Assembly (NCBI GenBank): GCA_043826565.1
Contig: JBDRPX010000037.1
Span: 5,669-69,668, forward strand
DNA: 64,000 nucleotides
From: Candidatus Omnitrophota bacterium
GTDB taxonomy: Bacteria; Omnitrophota; Gorgyraeia; B26-G9
Direction of reading: 5' to 3'
Part shown: piece after piece, positions 26,993-36,982 of the stretch
Layout: each line of letters begins with the position of its first letter
Numbering within the stretch: position 1 is the stretch's first letter
The notes under the pieces: generated by a model
Told to the model about the DNA's origin: nothing
The model's input: the letters and a program-made list of their open reading frames with translations, nothing else
Database searches by the model: none
Position numbers and translations under genes: made by a program

Positions 26993-28045
26993 ATGTCCAT
27001 AGATATTGAAGCAAGAAGAGAGAAAATATTAAGAGTAATTATTAATACCTATATTAATTCCGGTAATCCGGTGAGCTCGCGTACGGTAAGTTCTCGTTCC
27101 CGGTTGGGGCTTTGTTCAGCTTCGGTACGTAATGTAATGGCGGATCTTGAGGAAATGGGATTAATTACTCATTTACATACTTCTGCGGGAAGAGTTCCCA
27201 CGGATCGGGGGTATCGTTTTTATGTGGATAGGCTGTTAGAACATTCCGGGCTTACGAAACAGGAAGAATCGGATATTCGCCGGGAAATAATCGCCCGGCA
27301 TTTAGTGCTCGAGGAAGTTATATCTAAAACAACAAAAGTATTGTCGGATTTTACTAAATACACCGGAGTTGTTTCTCAGCCGGTGACAACGAAAAGTTAT
27401 TTTAAACAGATACATTTTACTCTCTTGGGAGAGGGTAGAATTTGTGTGACGGTAGTGGCTAATACCGGCGCGGCTAAAAGTTCGGTTGTATCTTTGAATT
27501 TTGATATTGGAAAAGATCAATTAAAAAGAATTGAGAATTTTTTAAATGTTCAGCTTGAAAGTACTCCTTTAAGTAAGATTAAAACAAAACTGCGCCGGCT
27601 GATGATCCAGGAAAGAGACTCGCTTTTTTATTTGCTAGAGCAGGCCGCGGTCCTGATCGAGATGAGTTTGCCGGCAAATGAAAATACCCGGGTGTATTTT
27701 GAAGGGATAAGCAATATTTTGAGTTTTCCGGAATTTTCCGATTCAACAATAATGCGTTCACTTTTTTCCACACTTGATGAAAAAAGCACAGTAGCGGAAT
27801 TGGTTCAGGAGATTGTTGATGAAGAATTCGGAGATAAAAAGGTTAAGATTTTTATCGGCGGCGAAAATCCGCACAGTGAGATGAATAATTGTACGATCAT
27901 ATTAAGCAGGTATCGTATTGATGATGAGACTGTAGGCGGATTGGGAATTATCGGGCCCAAGCGTATGAATTACGGCAGAACTATCGCCGCGGTAGAATAT
28001 GCTTCGGATATGTTAAGTAACTTGTTAACACAATTAAATATTTAA
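26993..28045 (+). CDS. hrcA: heat-inducible transcription repressor HrcA
   Basis: 350 aa; N-term winged-helix region characteristic of HrcA; sits behind CIRCE and ahead of grpE-dnaK-dnaJ. Confidence 0.85.
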   Translation: MSIDIEARREKILRVIINTYINSGNPVSSRTVSSRSRLGLCSASVRNVMADLEEMGLITHLHTSAGRVPTDRGYRFYVDRLLEHSGLTKQEESDIRREIIARHLVLEEVISKTTKVLSDFTKYTGVVSQPVTTKSYFKQIHFTLLGEGRICVTVVANTGAAKSSVVSLNFDIGKDQLKRIENFLNVQLESTPLSKIKTKLRRLMIQERDSLFYLLEQAAVLIEMSLPANENTRVYFEGISNILSFPEFSDSTIMRSLFSTLDEKSTVAELVQEIVDEEFGDKKVKIFIGGENPHSEMNNCTIILSRYRIDDETVGGLGIIGPKRMNYGRTIAAVEYASDMLSNLLTQLNI

Positions 28046-28171
28046 TGAGCGCGGTATTTAGAGAACGTAGCAAACTAAATGATATGCGCGAATTAAACCC
28101 TGTACCGAAGGAGCATTGTGTAATAATGCGAGTTCTGGTATCGGGGGTAAGATAATCAGAGGACAATAAAC

Positions 28172-28750
28172 GTGAAAAAACACAATAAACAGCAACAAGA
28201 AAAAGAAGAAATTCAGCCGGAAAATATAATTGATGAGCAGGGATCCTTAGATGTCCCGGCAGCGGCAATGGTTACTATTTCTGAGAAAGAATTCCGGGAA
28301 TTGAAAGCCAGGGAAACCGAAGTCAACGAACGTATGGCTCGGGCGCAGGCTGATTTTGATAATGCGCGTAAACGGCTGGAACGGGATAAACTTGAATTTT
28401 TGAAATTTTCCGATGAGAAAATAATCGGAGAACTGATTCCGTTTATTGATGATTTTCAGCGTGCTTTTGCCGCGGCGGATAAAACAAAAGACTTTGAGGT
28501 TCTTCATAAAGGAGTGGAAATGATCCTGAATCATTTACTTGAACTTTTGAAGAAAAAAGGGATCATGTCAATTGAAGCACAGGGAAAACCATTTGATCCG
28601 GCTTATCATGAAGCATTGATGCAGGTTGAATCTGATGAATATCCGGAGGATACGGTTGTTGAGGAATTAGAAAAAGGATATTTATTAAATAATAAAGTAC
28701 TGCGTACAGCAAAAGTGAAGGTGTCTAAACCTTCGGGGAATAACGAATAA
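28172..28750 (+). CDS. grpE: nucleotide exchange factor GrpE
   Basis: 192 aa; coiled-coil N-term and the [10 protein letters not shown] motif. Confidence 0.85.
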   Translation: MKKHNKQQQEKEEIQPENIIDEQGSLDVPAAAMVTISEKEFRELKARETEVNERMARAQADFDNARKRLERDKLEFLKFSDEKIIGELIPFIDDFQRAFAAADKTKDFEVLHKGVEMILNHLLELLKKKGIMSIEAQGKPFDPAYHEALMQVESDEYPEDTVVEELEKGYLLNNKVLRTAKVKVSKPSGNNE

Positions 28751-28778
28751 CCTTAATATTAACGAGGAGGTAAATATC

Positions 28779-30659
28779 ATGGCAAAAGTAATTGGAATTG
28801 ATTTAGGGACTTCAAATTCAGCAGCCTCTGTTTTAGAAGGCGGCAGACCGGTGATTATTCCTTCCGCTGAAGGGACTACGGTCGGCGGCGGAAAAGCATT
28901 TCCGTCATATGTCGCGTTTACTAAAGACGGACAAAGGCTTGTGGGAGAACCGGCACGTCGGCAGGCAGCGATTAATCCGCTGGGAACGATTGTTGCGGCA
29001 AAAAGAAAAATGGGAATGGATTATAAATTCTCGGCTCATGGACAGGAATATACTCCGCAGCAGATCTCCGCGTTTATCCTACAGAAGATTAAGCAGGATG
29101 CCGAGGCGTATTTGGGAGATAAGGTTGAAGAAGTAGTTATTACGGTTCCGGCGTATTTCGATGATAATCAAAGAACCGCAACTATCGATGCCGGAGAAAT
29201 TGCCGGATTGAAGGTTTTACGACTTATTAATGAACCTACGGCAGCGTGTCTGGCTTATGGTTTGGATAAATCCGGGGCTGAGCAGAAGATCATGGTATTT
29301 GATTTAGGCGGAGGAACACTTGATGTTACGGTTATGGAAATGGCCGAAGGAGTGTTTGAGGTCAAGTCTACACACGGTGATACTCAGCTGGGTGGTACAG
29401 ACATGGATAATGCTGTGCTTGATTATATTGCTGAGGAGTTTAAGAAAACAGACGGAATTGATATTCGTAAGGATAAGATGGCGATGCAGCGTTTAAGAGA
29501 AGCCGCGGAAAAAGCAAAGATCGAGCTTTCCAGTACGCTGACTACGGATATTAATCTGCCGTTTATTACTGCGGATGCAACCGGTCCGAAGCATCTTACG
29601 ATGAATATTAACCGGGCAAAACTTGAAGAATTGATCTCGCCGATTATTGACCGCTGCCGGGGTCCGCTGGAATCAGCGATCAGTGATGCGAAACTTTCTC
29701 CGAAAGATGTTGACCGGGTTATTATGGTTGGCGGACCGACCCGTATGCCGATTGTTCAGAAATTTGTCGAAGATTTTATCGGTAAAAAAATTGAGCGCGG
29801 TGTAGATCCGATGGAATGTGTTTCTATGGGCGCGGCAATTCAGGCCGGAATTATTAAAGGAGACGTAAAAGATGTATTATTGCTGGATGTTACGCCGCTT
29901 TCTTTAGGAATTGAAACATTAGGAAGTGTCTGTACAAAACTTATCGAACGCAATACTACAGTACCGACGAAAAAAAGCCAGACATTTTCCACGGCTGCGG
30001 ATAATCAGTCAGCAGTAACCATCCGTGTTTTACAGGGTGAACGCCAGATGGCTAATGATAATGTTGAGTTGGGACAGTTTAATTTAGAAGGTATTCCTCC
30101 GGCTCCGCGCGGGATTCCGCAAATTGAAGTAAGTTTTGATATTGATGCTAATGGGATTGTGCATGTTTCCGCAAAAGATCTGGGTACCGGGAAAGAGCAG
30201 TCAATCCGGATTACCGCTCCGAAGAAACTTTCTAAAGAAGAGATTGACAGAATGGTTAAAGATGCTGAGCAGTTTGCTGAAGCTGATGCCAAGAGAAAAG
30301 AAGAAGTGGAATCGCGTAATCAGGCGGAGCAGCTTGTTTATGCTACGGAAAAATCTCTGAAAGATTACGGAGATAAGGTAAGTGCTCCGGAAAAAGAAGC
30401 TATTGAAAAGAAATCCGCGGCGCTTAAAGAAGCATTAAAGGGTACAGATATTGAAAAGATAAAAAAATCAACCGAAGAACTAACCCAGGCTTCCCATAAG
30501 CTTGCCGAAGCGGTATATAAAGCGCAAGCACAGCAGCAGCAGGCTGCGGCCGGCGGGCAGGCACAGCAGCAGACTCAGGGACAACAGCAGTCCCAGGAAG
30601 AAACTAAAAAACCGGAGGATGTTGTTGACGCTGAATATAAAGTAGAGGATGATAAATAA
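28779..30659 (+). CDS. dnaK: molecular chaperone DnaK (Hsp70)
   Basis: [26 protein letters not shown]-rich C-terminus; strong SD gaggagg. Confidence 0.95.
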   Translation: MAKVIGIDLGTSNSAASVLEGGRPVIIPSAEGTTVGGGKAFPSYVAFTKDGQRLVGEPARRQAAINPLGTIVAAKRKMGMDYKFSAHGQEYTPQQISAFILQKIKQDAEAYLGDKVEEVVITVPAYFDDNQRTATIDAGEIAGLKVLRLINEPTAACLAYGLDKSGAEQKIMVFDLGGGTLDVTVMEMAEGVFEVKSTHGDTQLGGTDMDNAVLDYIAEEFKKTDGIDIRKDKMAMQRLREAAEKAKIELSSTLTTDINLPFITADATGPKHLTMNINRAKLEELISPIIDRCRGPLESAISDAKLSPKDVDRVIMVGGPTRMPIVQKFVEDFIGKKIERGVDPMECVSMGAAIQAGIIKGDVKDVLLLDVTPLSLGIETLGSVCTKLIERNTTVPTKKSQTFSTAADNQSAVTIRVLQGERQMANDNVELGQFNLEGIPPAPRGIPQIEVSFDIDANGIVHVSAKDLGTGKEQSIRITAPKKLSKEEIDRMVKDAEQFAEADAKRKEEVESRNQAEQLVYATEKSLKDYGDKVSAPEKEAIEKKSAALKEALKGTDIEKIKKSTEELTQASHKLAEAVYKAQAQQQQAAAGGQAQQQTQGQQQSQEETKKPEDVVDAEYKVEDDK

Positions 30660-30675
30660 ATAACTAACTAAATAA

Positions 30676-30734
30676 GAAGTAGCGAGTAGAGAGTAGCAGG
30701 TAGAGAGAGAAAGCCTGCTACTCACTGCTTTTTT
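30676..30734 (+). terminator. GAGTAG heptamer array merged with rho-independent terminator after dnaK
   Basis: GAAGTAG CGAGTAG AGAGTAG CAGGTAG; stem gagtagcagg/cctgctactc with 13-nt loop, then T-tract ctttttt. Confidence 0.7.
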
Positions 30735-30743
30735 AGGAGAAAT

Positions 30744-31877
30744 ATGTCGACAAAACGTGATTATTACGAAATATTAGGTGTTAGCAAAGAATCCTCTATT
30801 GATGAAATAAAAAAATCCTATCGCCAGCTGGCGATGAAATATCATCCTGATCGTGTGACTTCGGATAAACGCAAGGAAGCGGAAGCGCAGTTTAAGGAGA
30901 TATCTGAAGCGTACGCGGTATTATCTGATCAGAATAAGCGTTCTCAATATAACCAGTTCGGACATGCCGGGATTGACGGCCGGTACTCTTCTGAAGATAT
31001 ATTCCGGGGTGCGGATTTTAGTTCAATTTTTGAGGATTTTGGTTTTGGCGATGTTTTTTCCAGTTTTGGTTTTGGCGGCGGAACGCGGCGAAGCCGTGGC
31101 GGTTCCCGGCGCGGCGCAGACCTTGAGCATTCACTGACACTTACTTTTGAAGAAACAGCTTCCGGTGTAGAAAAAACTATTTCCATAAGACGCAGAGAAA
31201 TATGCAGCACCTGTAATGGAGAAGGTGCTAAGCCGGGCACGAAGAAAGTAACTTGTCAGACATGTCAGGGGCAGGGACAGGTCGGGCAGTCTGCGGGCTT
31301 TTTTACTATCGCCAGAACCTGCGATCGTTGCCAGGGGCAAGGCCAGATAATCGAGACACCGTGTAAAGATTGTCAGGGGGCCGGCATGGTTGCTACACCC
31401 CGAAAAATACAGGTTAAAATTCCTGCGGGAGTTGATTCCGGGGCGCATCTTCGTGTTCGCGGAGAAGGTGAAGCCGGAACAAAAGGCGGGCCGCGCGGTG
31501 ATCTGTATGTGGTTATCCGGCTTAAACAGCATGATCTTTTTGAACGCCATAATAATGATGTGTATTGTAAAATGCCGGTTAGTTTTGTTACCGCGGCATT
31601 AGGGGGAGAAATTGAAGTTCCCACGATATATAAGGAAACTGTGCGGATGAAAATACCGGCGGGAACGCAAAGTAATAAAATGTTTAGATTGAGCGGTAAA
31701 GGATTTCCGGATTTGCGCGGGCATGGCAAAGGCGATGCTTATGTTGTTGTGCATGTTGCCGTACCGGTTAATCTTACCGGAGCGCAGAAAAAGTTACTGC
31801 AGGAATTTGCTAAAATTAGCGGTGAAGATGGAAACCATAAATCTTTTAAAGAAAAAATAAAGAAAGCTTTTAAATGA
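30744..31877 (+). CDS. dnaJ: co-chaperone DnaJ
   Basis: J-domain with HPD (YHPDR), G/F-rich region, four CxxCxGxG zinc-finger repeats. Confidence 0.95.
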   Translation: MSTKRDYYEILGVSKESSIDEIKKSYRQLAMKYHPDRVTSDKRKEAEAQFKEISEAYAVLSDQNKRSQYNQFGHAGIDGRYSSEDIFRGADFSSIFEDFGFGDVFSSFGFGGGTRRSRGGSRRGADLEHSLTLTFEETASGVEKTISIRRREICSTCNGEGAKPGTKKVTCQTCQGQGQVGQSAGFFTIARTCDRCQGQGQIIETPCKDCQGAGMVATPRKIQVKIPAGVDSGAHLRVRGEGEAGTKGGPRGDLYVVIRLKQHDLFERHNNDVYCKMPVSFVTAALGGEIEVPTIYKETVRMKIPAGTQSNKMFRLSGKGFPDLRGHGKGDAYVVVHVAVPVNLTGAQKKLLQEFAKISGEDGNHKSFKEKIKKAFK

Positions 31878-31925
31878 CGACATTGGTTATGGAGTATTGC
31901 GAACATAACCGATAAGTCGGAATTT

Positions 31926-31981
31926 ATCCCGCCCTTTGGGTGGGAGTTGATAATTTAATAGGTTTGCCCAAAGGGCGGGAT
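31926..31981 (+). other. long perfect hairpin (15-bp stem ATCCCGCCCTTTGGG / CCCAAAGGGCGGGAT, 26-nt loop)
   Basis: seen directly in the dnaJ-fmdB spacer; extends to about 20 bp with flanking AATTT/TTAATT. Confidence 0.6.
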
Positions 31982-32053
31982 TTAATTCGCAGACGGATAA
32001 ATTCCTATGATTTTCATGTTTGCAAATCATCTGCTCATTAAAGGAGGGAAGAA

Positions 32054-32395
32054 GTGCCTACATATGATTATAACTGTCCGAAATGCGGAACGTTTGAGTT
32101 ATGGCAAAAAATGACGGACAAGGTTTTAACTAAGTGTCCGGAATGCGGCTCAAAAAAGATTCGCCGGCTGATTGGTTCCGGAATAGGAGTTATTTTTAAG
32201 GGCTCCGGGTTTTACGAGACTGATTATAAGAGAAAAGACTGGCCGTCTGAGAAAAAAACAGAATCGAAAGATACTCCGAAAACTGAAAAAAAACCAGAAG
32301 CAAAAACAGAGTCTAAAGCGGAAAATAAAACATCAGATACTTCCAAAAGTACGGAAAAGAAAACGGAAAAGAAAACGGAAAAGAAAAAGAAATGA
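32054..32395 (+). CDS. FmdB-family zinc-ribbon protein with C-terminal K/E/T-rich repeat tail
   Basis: CPKCG...CPECG double CxxC; tail KTEKKTEKKTEKKKK. Confidence 0.7.
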   Translation: MPTYDYNCPKCGTFELWQKMTDKVLTKCPECGSKKIRRLIGSGIGVIFKGSGFYETDYKRKDWPSEKKTESKDTPKTEKKPEAKTESKAENKTSDTSKSTEKKTEKKTEKKKK

Positions 32396-32748
32396 TAATC
32401 CCATTTATAAAATATTGGCTGCCGGTAGGAATATGGGCAGTAATTATTTTCACCTTATCTTCTTTTTCGTCATTTCCCGATCCGGTTGCTCCGCTTGGTG
32501 ACTATAGTAATATTTGGCATTTAGCAGAATATGCGATATTGAGTTTTCTGCTGGCCCGGGCATTAAAAAACTCAAAACAAGAAACTTTAAGTCAAAAATT
32601 TCGTATTTTAGCGTTTGTCCTGGCGGTTTTTTATGGGATTTCCGATGAGTTTCATCAGTATTTTGTTCCATTGCGTTGTGTTTCGGTTTTGGATTTAGCT
32701 TTTGATGCCGTCGGGGCTTTTATCGGACAAATGATTTATAGAACTTAA
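32392..32748 (+). CDS. VanZ-like membrane protein
   Basis: GISDEFHQYFVP motif typical of the VanZ family; 3-4 TM segments. Confidence 0.55.
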   Translation: MIIPFIKYWLPVGIWAVIIFTLSSFSSFPDPVAPLGDYSNIWHLAEYAILSFLLARALKNSKQETLSQKFRILAFVLAVFYGISDEFHQYFVPLRCVSVLDLAFDAVGAFIGQMIYRT

Positions 32749-32777
32749 CCTTTTTACAAATAAAGGAGTAATTTGAG

Positions 32778-34049
32778 ATGGCTGATATTTTTCCGTTTCA
32801 CGGTTTGCGGTATAATGATAAAAAAGTAAAAAACACAAACAAGGTTTTTGCTCCGCCTTATGATGTGATTTCAGAAAAAGAACAGGATAAACTTTATTCT
32901 GAGCATCCGCATAATGTGATCCGGCTGATTTTGGGTAAACAATCCGCTAAAGATACCGCTAAGGATAATCGCTATACCAGAGCGGCATCATGCTTCTCTA
33001 AGTGGATTGATGATGAAATTATGGTTCTCGACGAGAAACCATCCATATATGTATATGTGCAGGATTATGTGACCGTAGAAGGGGTGGCGAAGCAAAGAAT
33101 AGGCTTTTTTGCCCGGATGAAGTTTGATGATAAAGAGGAAGGATGTTTGCCGCATGAGCTGACCCTGGCAAAACCTAAAGTTGACAGGCTGAAGCTGATG
33201 CGGGCAGTGCAGGCAAACCTAAGCCCGATTTTTTCTTTTTATCTTGATCCTAAAAATGCTGTAGAGGCGGTATTAAAGCCGTATATAAAGAAAAAAGCGA
33301 TCATTGATTTTAAGGACAAAGAAAATATTCGTCATCGTTTTTGGCAAATTGACGATCCGAAGGCAATTCAAAAGGTAAGAAAACTTATGCGTGCTAAGAG
33401 AATTTTTATTGCCGATGGCCATCACCGGTATGAAGTATCGCGTACTTATCGGGATGAGATGATTGCCAAAGGAAACACCGCGATTGACGGATATAACTAT
33501 TGCATGATATATTTTACCGGATTTAATGAAGAAAATTTAAGTGTTTTACCGACACATCGTTTAGTGAAAGGAATCACAAATATCGATGATAAAATTAAAG
33601 ACATTGAAGAATATTTTGAAAAGAAAAAATGCAAAAATCTCAGTGAGATGCTTTCTCGTCAGAGTAAATCAAAGGGATTTACTTTAGGAATGTATTATCA
33701 GGGTGGTTTTTATACCTTAGCTATGAAGAGCAAGGCTCTGCTTAATAATTTAATGAAAGATGCTCCGGAACAGTGGAGAAATCTTGATGTGGCAATGTTA
33801 AATAAAGTAGTGTTTGAGCATATATTTAAATTGAATGAGAAACAGAAGGAAGAAAAAATAAGCTATACCCGGGATCCGGAGTTTGCGGTAACTGCGGTTA
33901 AGAAAAAACTTGCCGATGTATCATTCTTTCCCAATACAACAAAACCCGAGCAGGTGAGAAAGATCGCGTCCAGCGGACATAGGATGCCTCAGAAATCGAC
34001 TTATTTTTATCCAAAGCCGATTACCGGGTTAGTGATACATAAATTTTAA
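32778..34049 (+). CDS. DUF1015 family protein
   Basis: N-term MADIFPFHGLRYN and FIADGHHRYE are characteristic of DUF1015. Confidence 0.65.
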   Translation: MADIFPFHGLRYNDKKVKNTNKVFAPPYDVISEKEQDKLYSEHPHNVIRLILGKQSAKDTAKDNRYTRAASCFSKWIDDEIMVLDEKPSIYVYVQDYVTVEGVAKQRIGFFARMKFDDKEEGCLPHELTLAKPKVDRLKLMRAVQANLSPIFSFYLDPKNAVEAVLKPYIKKKAIIDFKDKENIRHRFWQIDDPKAIQKVRKLMRAKRIFIADGHHRYEVSRTYRDEMIAKGNTAIDGYNYCMIYFTGFNEENLSVLPTHRLVKGITNIDDKIKDIEEYFEKKKCKNLSEMLSRQSKSKGFTLGMYYQGGFYTLAMKSKALLNNLMKDAPEQWRNLDVAMLNKVVFEHIFKLNEKQKEEKISYTRDPEFAVTAVKKKLADVSFFPNTTKPEQVRKIASSGHRMPQKSTYFYPKPITGLVIHKF

Positions 34050-34166
34050 ATCAAAAATCAAAAGGCAAAAGTCAAAATTACAAGTTACAAATCAAAATTA
34101 TTAAAAACTAAAAAAACAAAAGGCTTTAGAATTTTTTAAGTTTGAGTTAACTATAAGGTATTAAAA

Positions 34167-34745
34167 ATGAAGAAAACAAAAGAAATGCTGGATCTTTTCG
34201 CGGAAACCGGGCTTTTAAAACGGGTTAAAAGAAGCGGCTGGTGGGTTATTGGAATTAAAGACCCGGAAACTGTTGCTGAGCATTGTTATCGCTGCGCGGT
34301 GATCGGATATGTGATGGCTAAGTTGGAAAAGGCTAATGTCCATGAAACAACTATGATGTGTCTTTTTAATGATCTGCACGAAGCCAGGATTAATGATCAT
34401 CATAAAGTAACTATCCGCTATATAAACCATAAAGAAGCCGAGGATAAAGCGTTTAAAGAACAGGTACAGTCTTTGCCCAAGGTTCTAAAGGATGAGATGT
34501 GGGGATGGCGCACGGAATACACGGGTCAAAAAACCAAAGAAAGTATTATTGCCCGGGACGCGGATATATTAGAATGCCTTTTACAGGCAAAGGAATATTA
34601 TGAACAAGGTGTGCCTCAGGCCAAGCTGTTCTTTCAGAAGGCCCCGAAGTTTTTAAAGACAAAAACCGCCAAAAAATTCTGGAAAGAAATTAAAACCTGG
34701 AAAAGCAGTGATTGGTGGCAGAAGGTGTGTAGTTTTGAGAGATAA
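34167..34745 (+). CDS. HD-domain phosphohydrolase
   Basis: AEHCYR...H..D motif arrangement of the HD superfamily, 192 aa. Confidence 0.55.
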   Translation: MKKTKEMLDLFAETGLLKRVKRSGWWVIGIKDPETVAEHCYRCAVIGYVMAKLEKANVHETTMMCLFNDLHEARINDHHKVTIRYINHKEAEDKAFKEQVQSLPKVLKDEMWGWRTEYTGQKTKESIIARDADILECLLQAKEYYEQGVPQAKLFFQKAPKFLKTKTAKKFWKEIKTWKSSDWWQKVCSFER

Positions 34746-34901
34746 AATTAAATCAAAAGTCAAAGGTCAAAAGTCAAAAATGCAACTCAAAATTAAAAAG
34801 TGAGATGTGTTTTTTGCTTATTCTGGTGAAAGTAATTTTGCTTTTTGAATTTTGACTTTAGAAGATTATGTTGAATATTCTTAAGAAAGGAGCTTCAAAA
34901 A

Positions 34902-35378
34902 ATGGCTGCAGGAGATGTTTTTTTAACACGCGAAGGATATGAAAAGCTAAAAAAAGAATACGAAAATTTAAAGAAGGTCAAGCGTCCGGAGATATCACTG
35001 GCCATAGAAAAAGCCCGGGAACTCGGTGATTTAAAAGAAAACGCGGAATATCACGCGGCCAAAGAAGCCATGGCCTATAGTGAAAAGAGAATTGCGGAGC
35101 TGGAAGATTTAATCAGCCGCGGCCGGATAATAGATGATGAAAATATAGATAAAGATAAAGTTTTGCTTGGAGCTACGGTGAAAATTCGTGATGCCAGCGA
35201 TGAGGAGATAGAGACCTATACACTGGTATCGGAAGCAGAAGCAGATTTTAGTATAAATAAAATTTCGATTACTTCTCCTCTGGGGCAGGGCATGCTTGGC
35301 CATAAAAAAGGTGACGTTATCCAGGTTAAGATTCCGGCGGGTGTAATGACGATTGAGATACTGGAAATAACAAGATAA
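34902..35378 (+). CDS. greA: transcription elongation factor GreA
   Basis: LTREGYEKLKKEYENLK...AEYHAAKEAM...; 158 aa. Confidence 0.9.
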   Translation: MAAGDVFLTREGYEKLKKEYENLKKVKRPEISLAIEKARELGDLKENAEYHAAKEAMAYSEKRIAELEDLISRGRIIDDENIDKDKVLLGATVKIRDASDEEIETYTLVSEAEADFSINKISITSPLGQGMLGHKKGDVIQVKIPAGVMTIEILEITR

Positions 35379-35413
35379 GAAACAAATTCAAAAATCAAAA
35401 GTCAAAATTCAAA

Positions 35414-36463
35414 ATGACAAATCAAAAATCAAAAATAATAAAAAATTATCCTGTAGGGGCGGGCCTTGCGTCCGTCCGGGACAAAAAGAATATTAGAGCG
35501 CTTGGACTTTTATCCGGCGGCCTTGATAGTATCCTGGCGGTTAAGGTTTTACAACAGCAGGGAATTGAAGTTACCGGCCTTTCCTTTACTACCCCGTTTT
35601 TTGGGTCAGCTGCAGCGGAAAAAGCTGCCGAGGCTTTAGGTATTGAACTTTTAATCGAGGATATCACCGAAGAGCATTTTGAGATGGTTAAAAATCCTCC
35701 CCATGGATATGGTAAAACAATGAATCCTTGTATTGATTGCCATGCAATGATGGTTAATGCAGCCGGGAAAATAATGAAGGATAAAGGGTTTGATTTCATT
35801 TTTACCGGAGAAGTTCTTGATGAACGGCCAATGTCTCAGAATAGAGGTTCCTTAGAAGTAGTTGCCAAAACATCAGGATATAAAGGATATCTTCTCCGGC
35901 CCTTAAGTGCAAAATTACTTAATCCGATTATTCCCGAGCAGAATGGGTTGATTGATCGCGATAAATTATTAGATCTCCGGGGACGCTCCCGAAAAAGACA
36001 GTTTGCTTTGGCCGAGGAATTTAACGTTACTGAATATCCTAATCCTGCCGGAGGCTGTCTGCTTACTGACCGCGGTTTTTCCCAAAGGCTTAAGGAATTA
36101 CTTTCGAAGGAGGAAAATCCCAGTATAAAAGATGTGCGCATGTTAAGAGCTGGCCGGCATTTTAGATTTTCCGATACCGTTAAATTATTAGTCGGCAGGG
36201 ATGAAAAAGATAATAAAAGACTTGAGGATCTTTATGATGGGTCGGACTATATTATGGACGCGGGGGATATTCCGGGGCCCATATGCGTATTAACAGGAAT
36301 TGATGCTCAGCTTTTTCTGAATAAAGCCGCGGCTATCTGTGCTTCTTATAGTGATATTGATGAAGGCTCGGAGTGTTTAATTATGGTAAGAAGAGGGGAA
36401 CACAAACAGCAGATAAAAGTTATTGCCTGCAAAGATGCCAGAGATCAAGTACCGATGCTCTGA
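35414..36463 (+). CDS. PP-loop superfamily ATPase with Cys cluster (tRNA thiolase / ThiI-TtuA-like; exact function uncertain)
   Basis: LLSGGLDS PP-loop motif; NPCIDCH cysteine cluster; N-terminus is encoded by the TCAAAA repeat region, so the true start is uncertain. Confidence 0.5.
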   Translation: MTNQKSKIIKNYPVGAGLASVRDKKNIRALGLLSGGLDSILAVKVLQQQGIEVTGLSFTTPFFGSAAAEKAAEALGIELLIEDITEEHFEMVKNPPHGYGKTMNPCIDCHAMMVNAAGKIMKDKGFDFIFTGEVLDERPMSQNRGSLEVVAKTSGYKGYLLRPLSAKLLNPIIPEQNGLIDRDKLLDLRGRSRKRQFALAEEFNVTEYPNPAGGCLLTDRGFSQRLKELLSKEENPSIKDVRMLRAGRHFRFSDTVKLLVGRDEKDNKRLEDLYDGSDYIMDAGDIPGPICVLTGIDAQLFLNKAAAICASYSDIDEGSECLIMVRRGEHKQQIKVIACKDARDQVPML

Positions 36464-36485
36464 TAATTTTTAGTCAAATAAATAA

Positions 36486-36520
36486 AAACCCGGACAGCAT
36501 ATGAAATGCTGCCCGGGTTT
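36486..36520. terminator. bidirectional rho-independent terminator between convergent genes
   Basis: aaacccggacagcat-atgaa-atgctgcccgggttt; T-tracts on both strands. Confidence 0.75.
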
Positions 36521-36535
36521 AAGTTTTGTTTTTAA

Positions 36536-36883
36536 TTATAGATCTTCAGAATCCGGTTCAGATGGCGGCGGCGCGTATAATTCCGGAAACGCCTGTAAAT
36601 CATCTTTGTTCCCCCACTGAGATACTTTATTGTTTAGGAAATATATCTGATAAGTTGCTTTTGTTTTCTTGTCATAATATTCCCAAAGATCGAGCATATC
36701 ACCCTGGCCGTTTACTTTTGAAGCTTTAGCAACAAAACTATCGCCGAAAAGCGCCCGGACATCATCTTTGTGCATATTAATACTGAGCCTGTTCATCTTG
36801 GCGAGCAAATTAGCGCACCCGGTAAGACTTACGGCAATAATTACTGCTAGTACCGCAACGAGAATTCTATTCTGTTTAACCAT
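36536..36883 (-). CDS. small lipoprotein (BamE/SmpA-OmlA-like fold suspected)
   Basis: signal peptide with lipobox LTGC; 115 aa. Confidence 0.5.
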   Translation of the reverse strand: MVKQNRILVAVLAVIIAVSLTGCANLLAKMNRLSINMHKDDVRALFGDSFVAKASKVNGQGDMLDLWEYYDKKTKATYQIYFLNNKVSQWGNKDDLQAFPELYAPPPSEPDSEDL

Positions 36884-36982
36884 TTCCCCTCCCTAAGTTA
36901 AGGATTAATAATATATTGCTGTAGATATATATTACTAAATTATTTAATTTTGTCAAGTGAATGAATTAAGAAGTTTGCTTAA

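Noticed and set aside
21074-30710. GAGTAG tandem repeats considered as a possible CRISPR array
   Set aside because: The period is only 7 nt with no spacers, and there are no cas genes. They are short tandem repeats, not CRISPR.
35414-36463. Assignment of the PP-loop protein as QueC or MnmA
   Set aside because: SGGLDS fits many PP-loop enzymes. The Cys cluster NPCIDCH and the length do not match QueC or MnmA signatures well enough, so it was left as a generic PP-loop ATPase.
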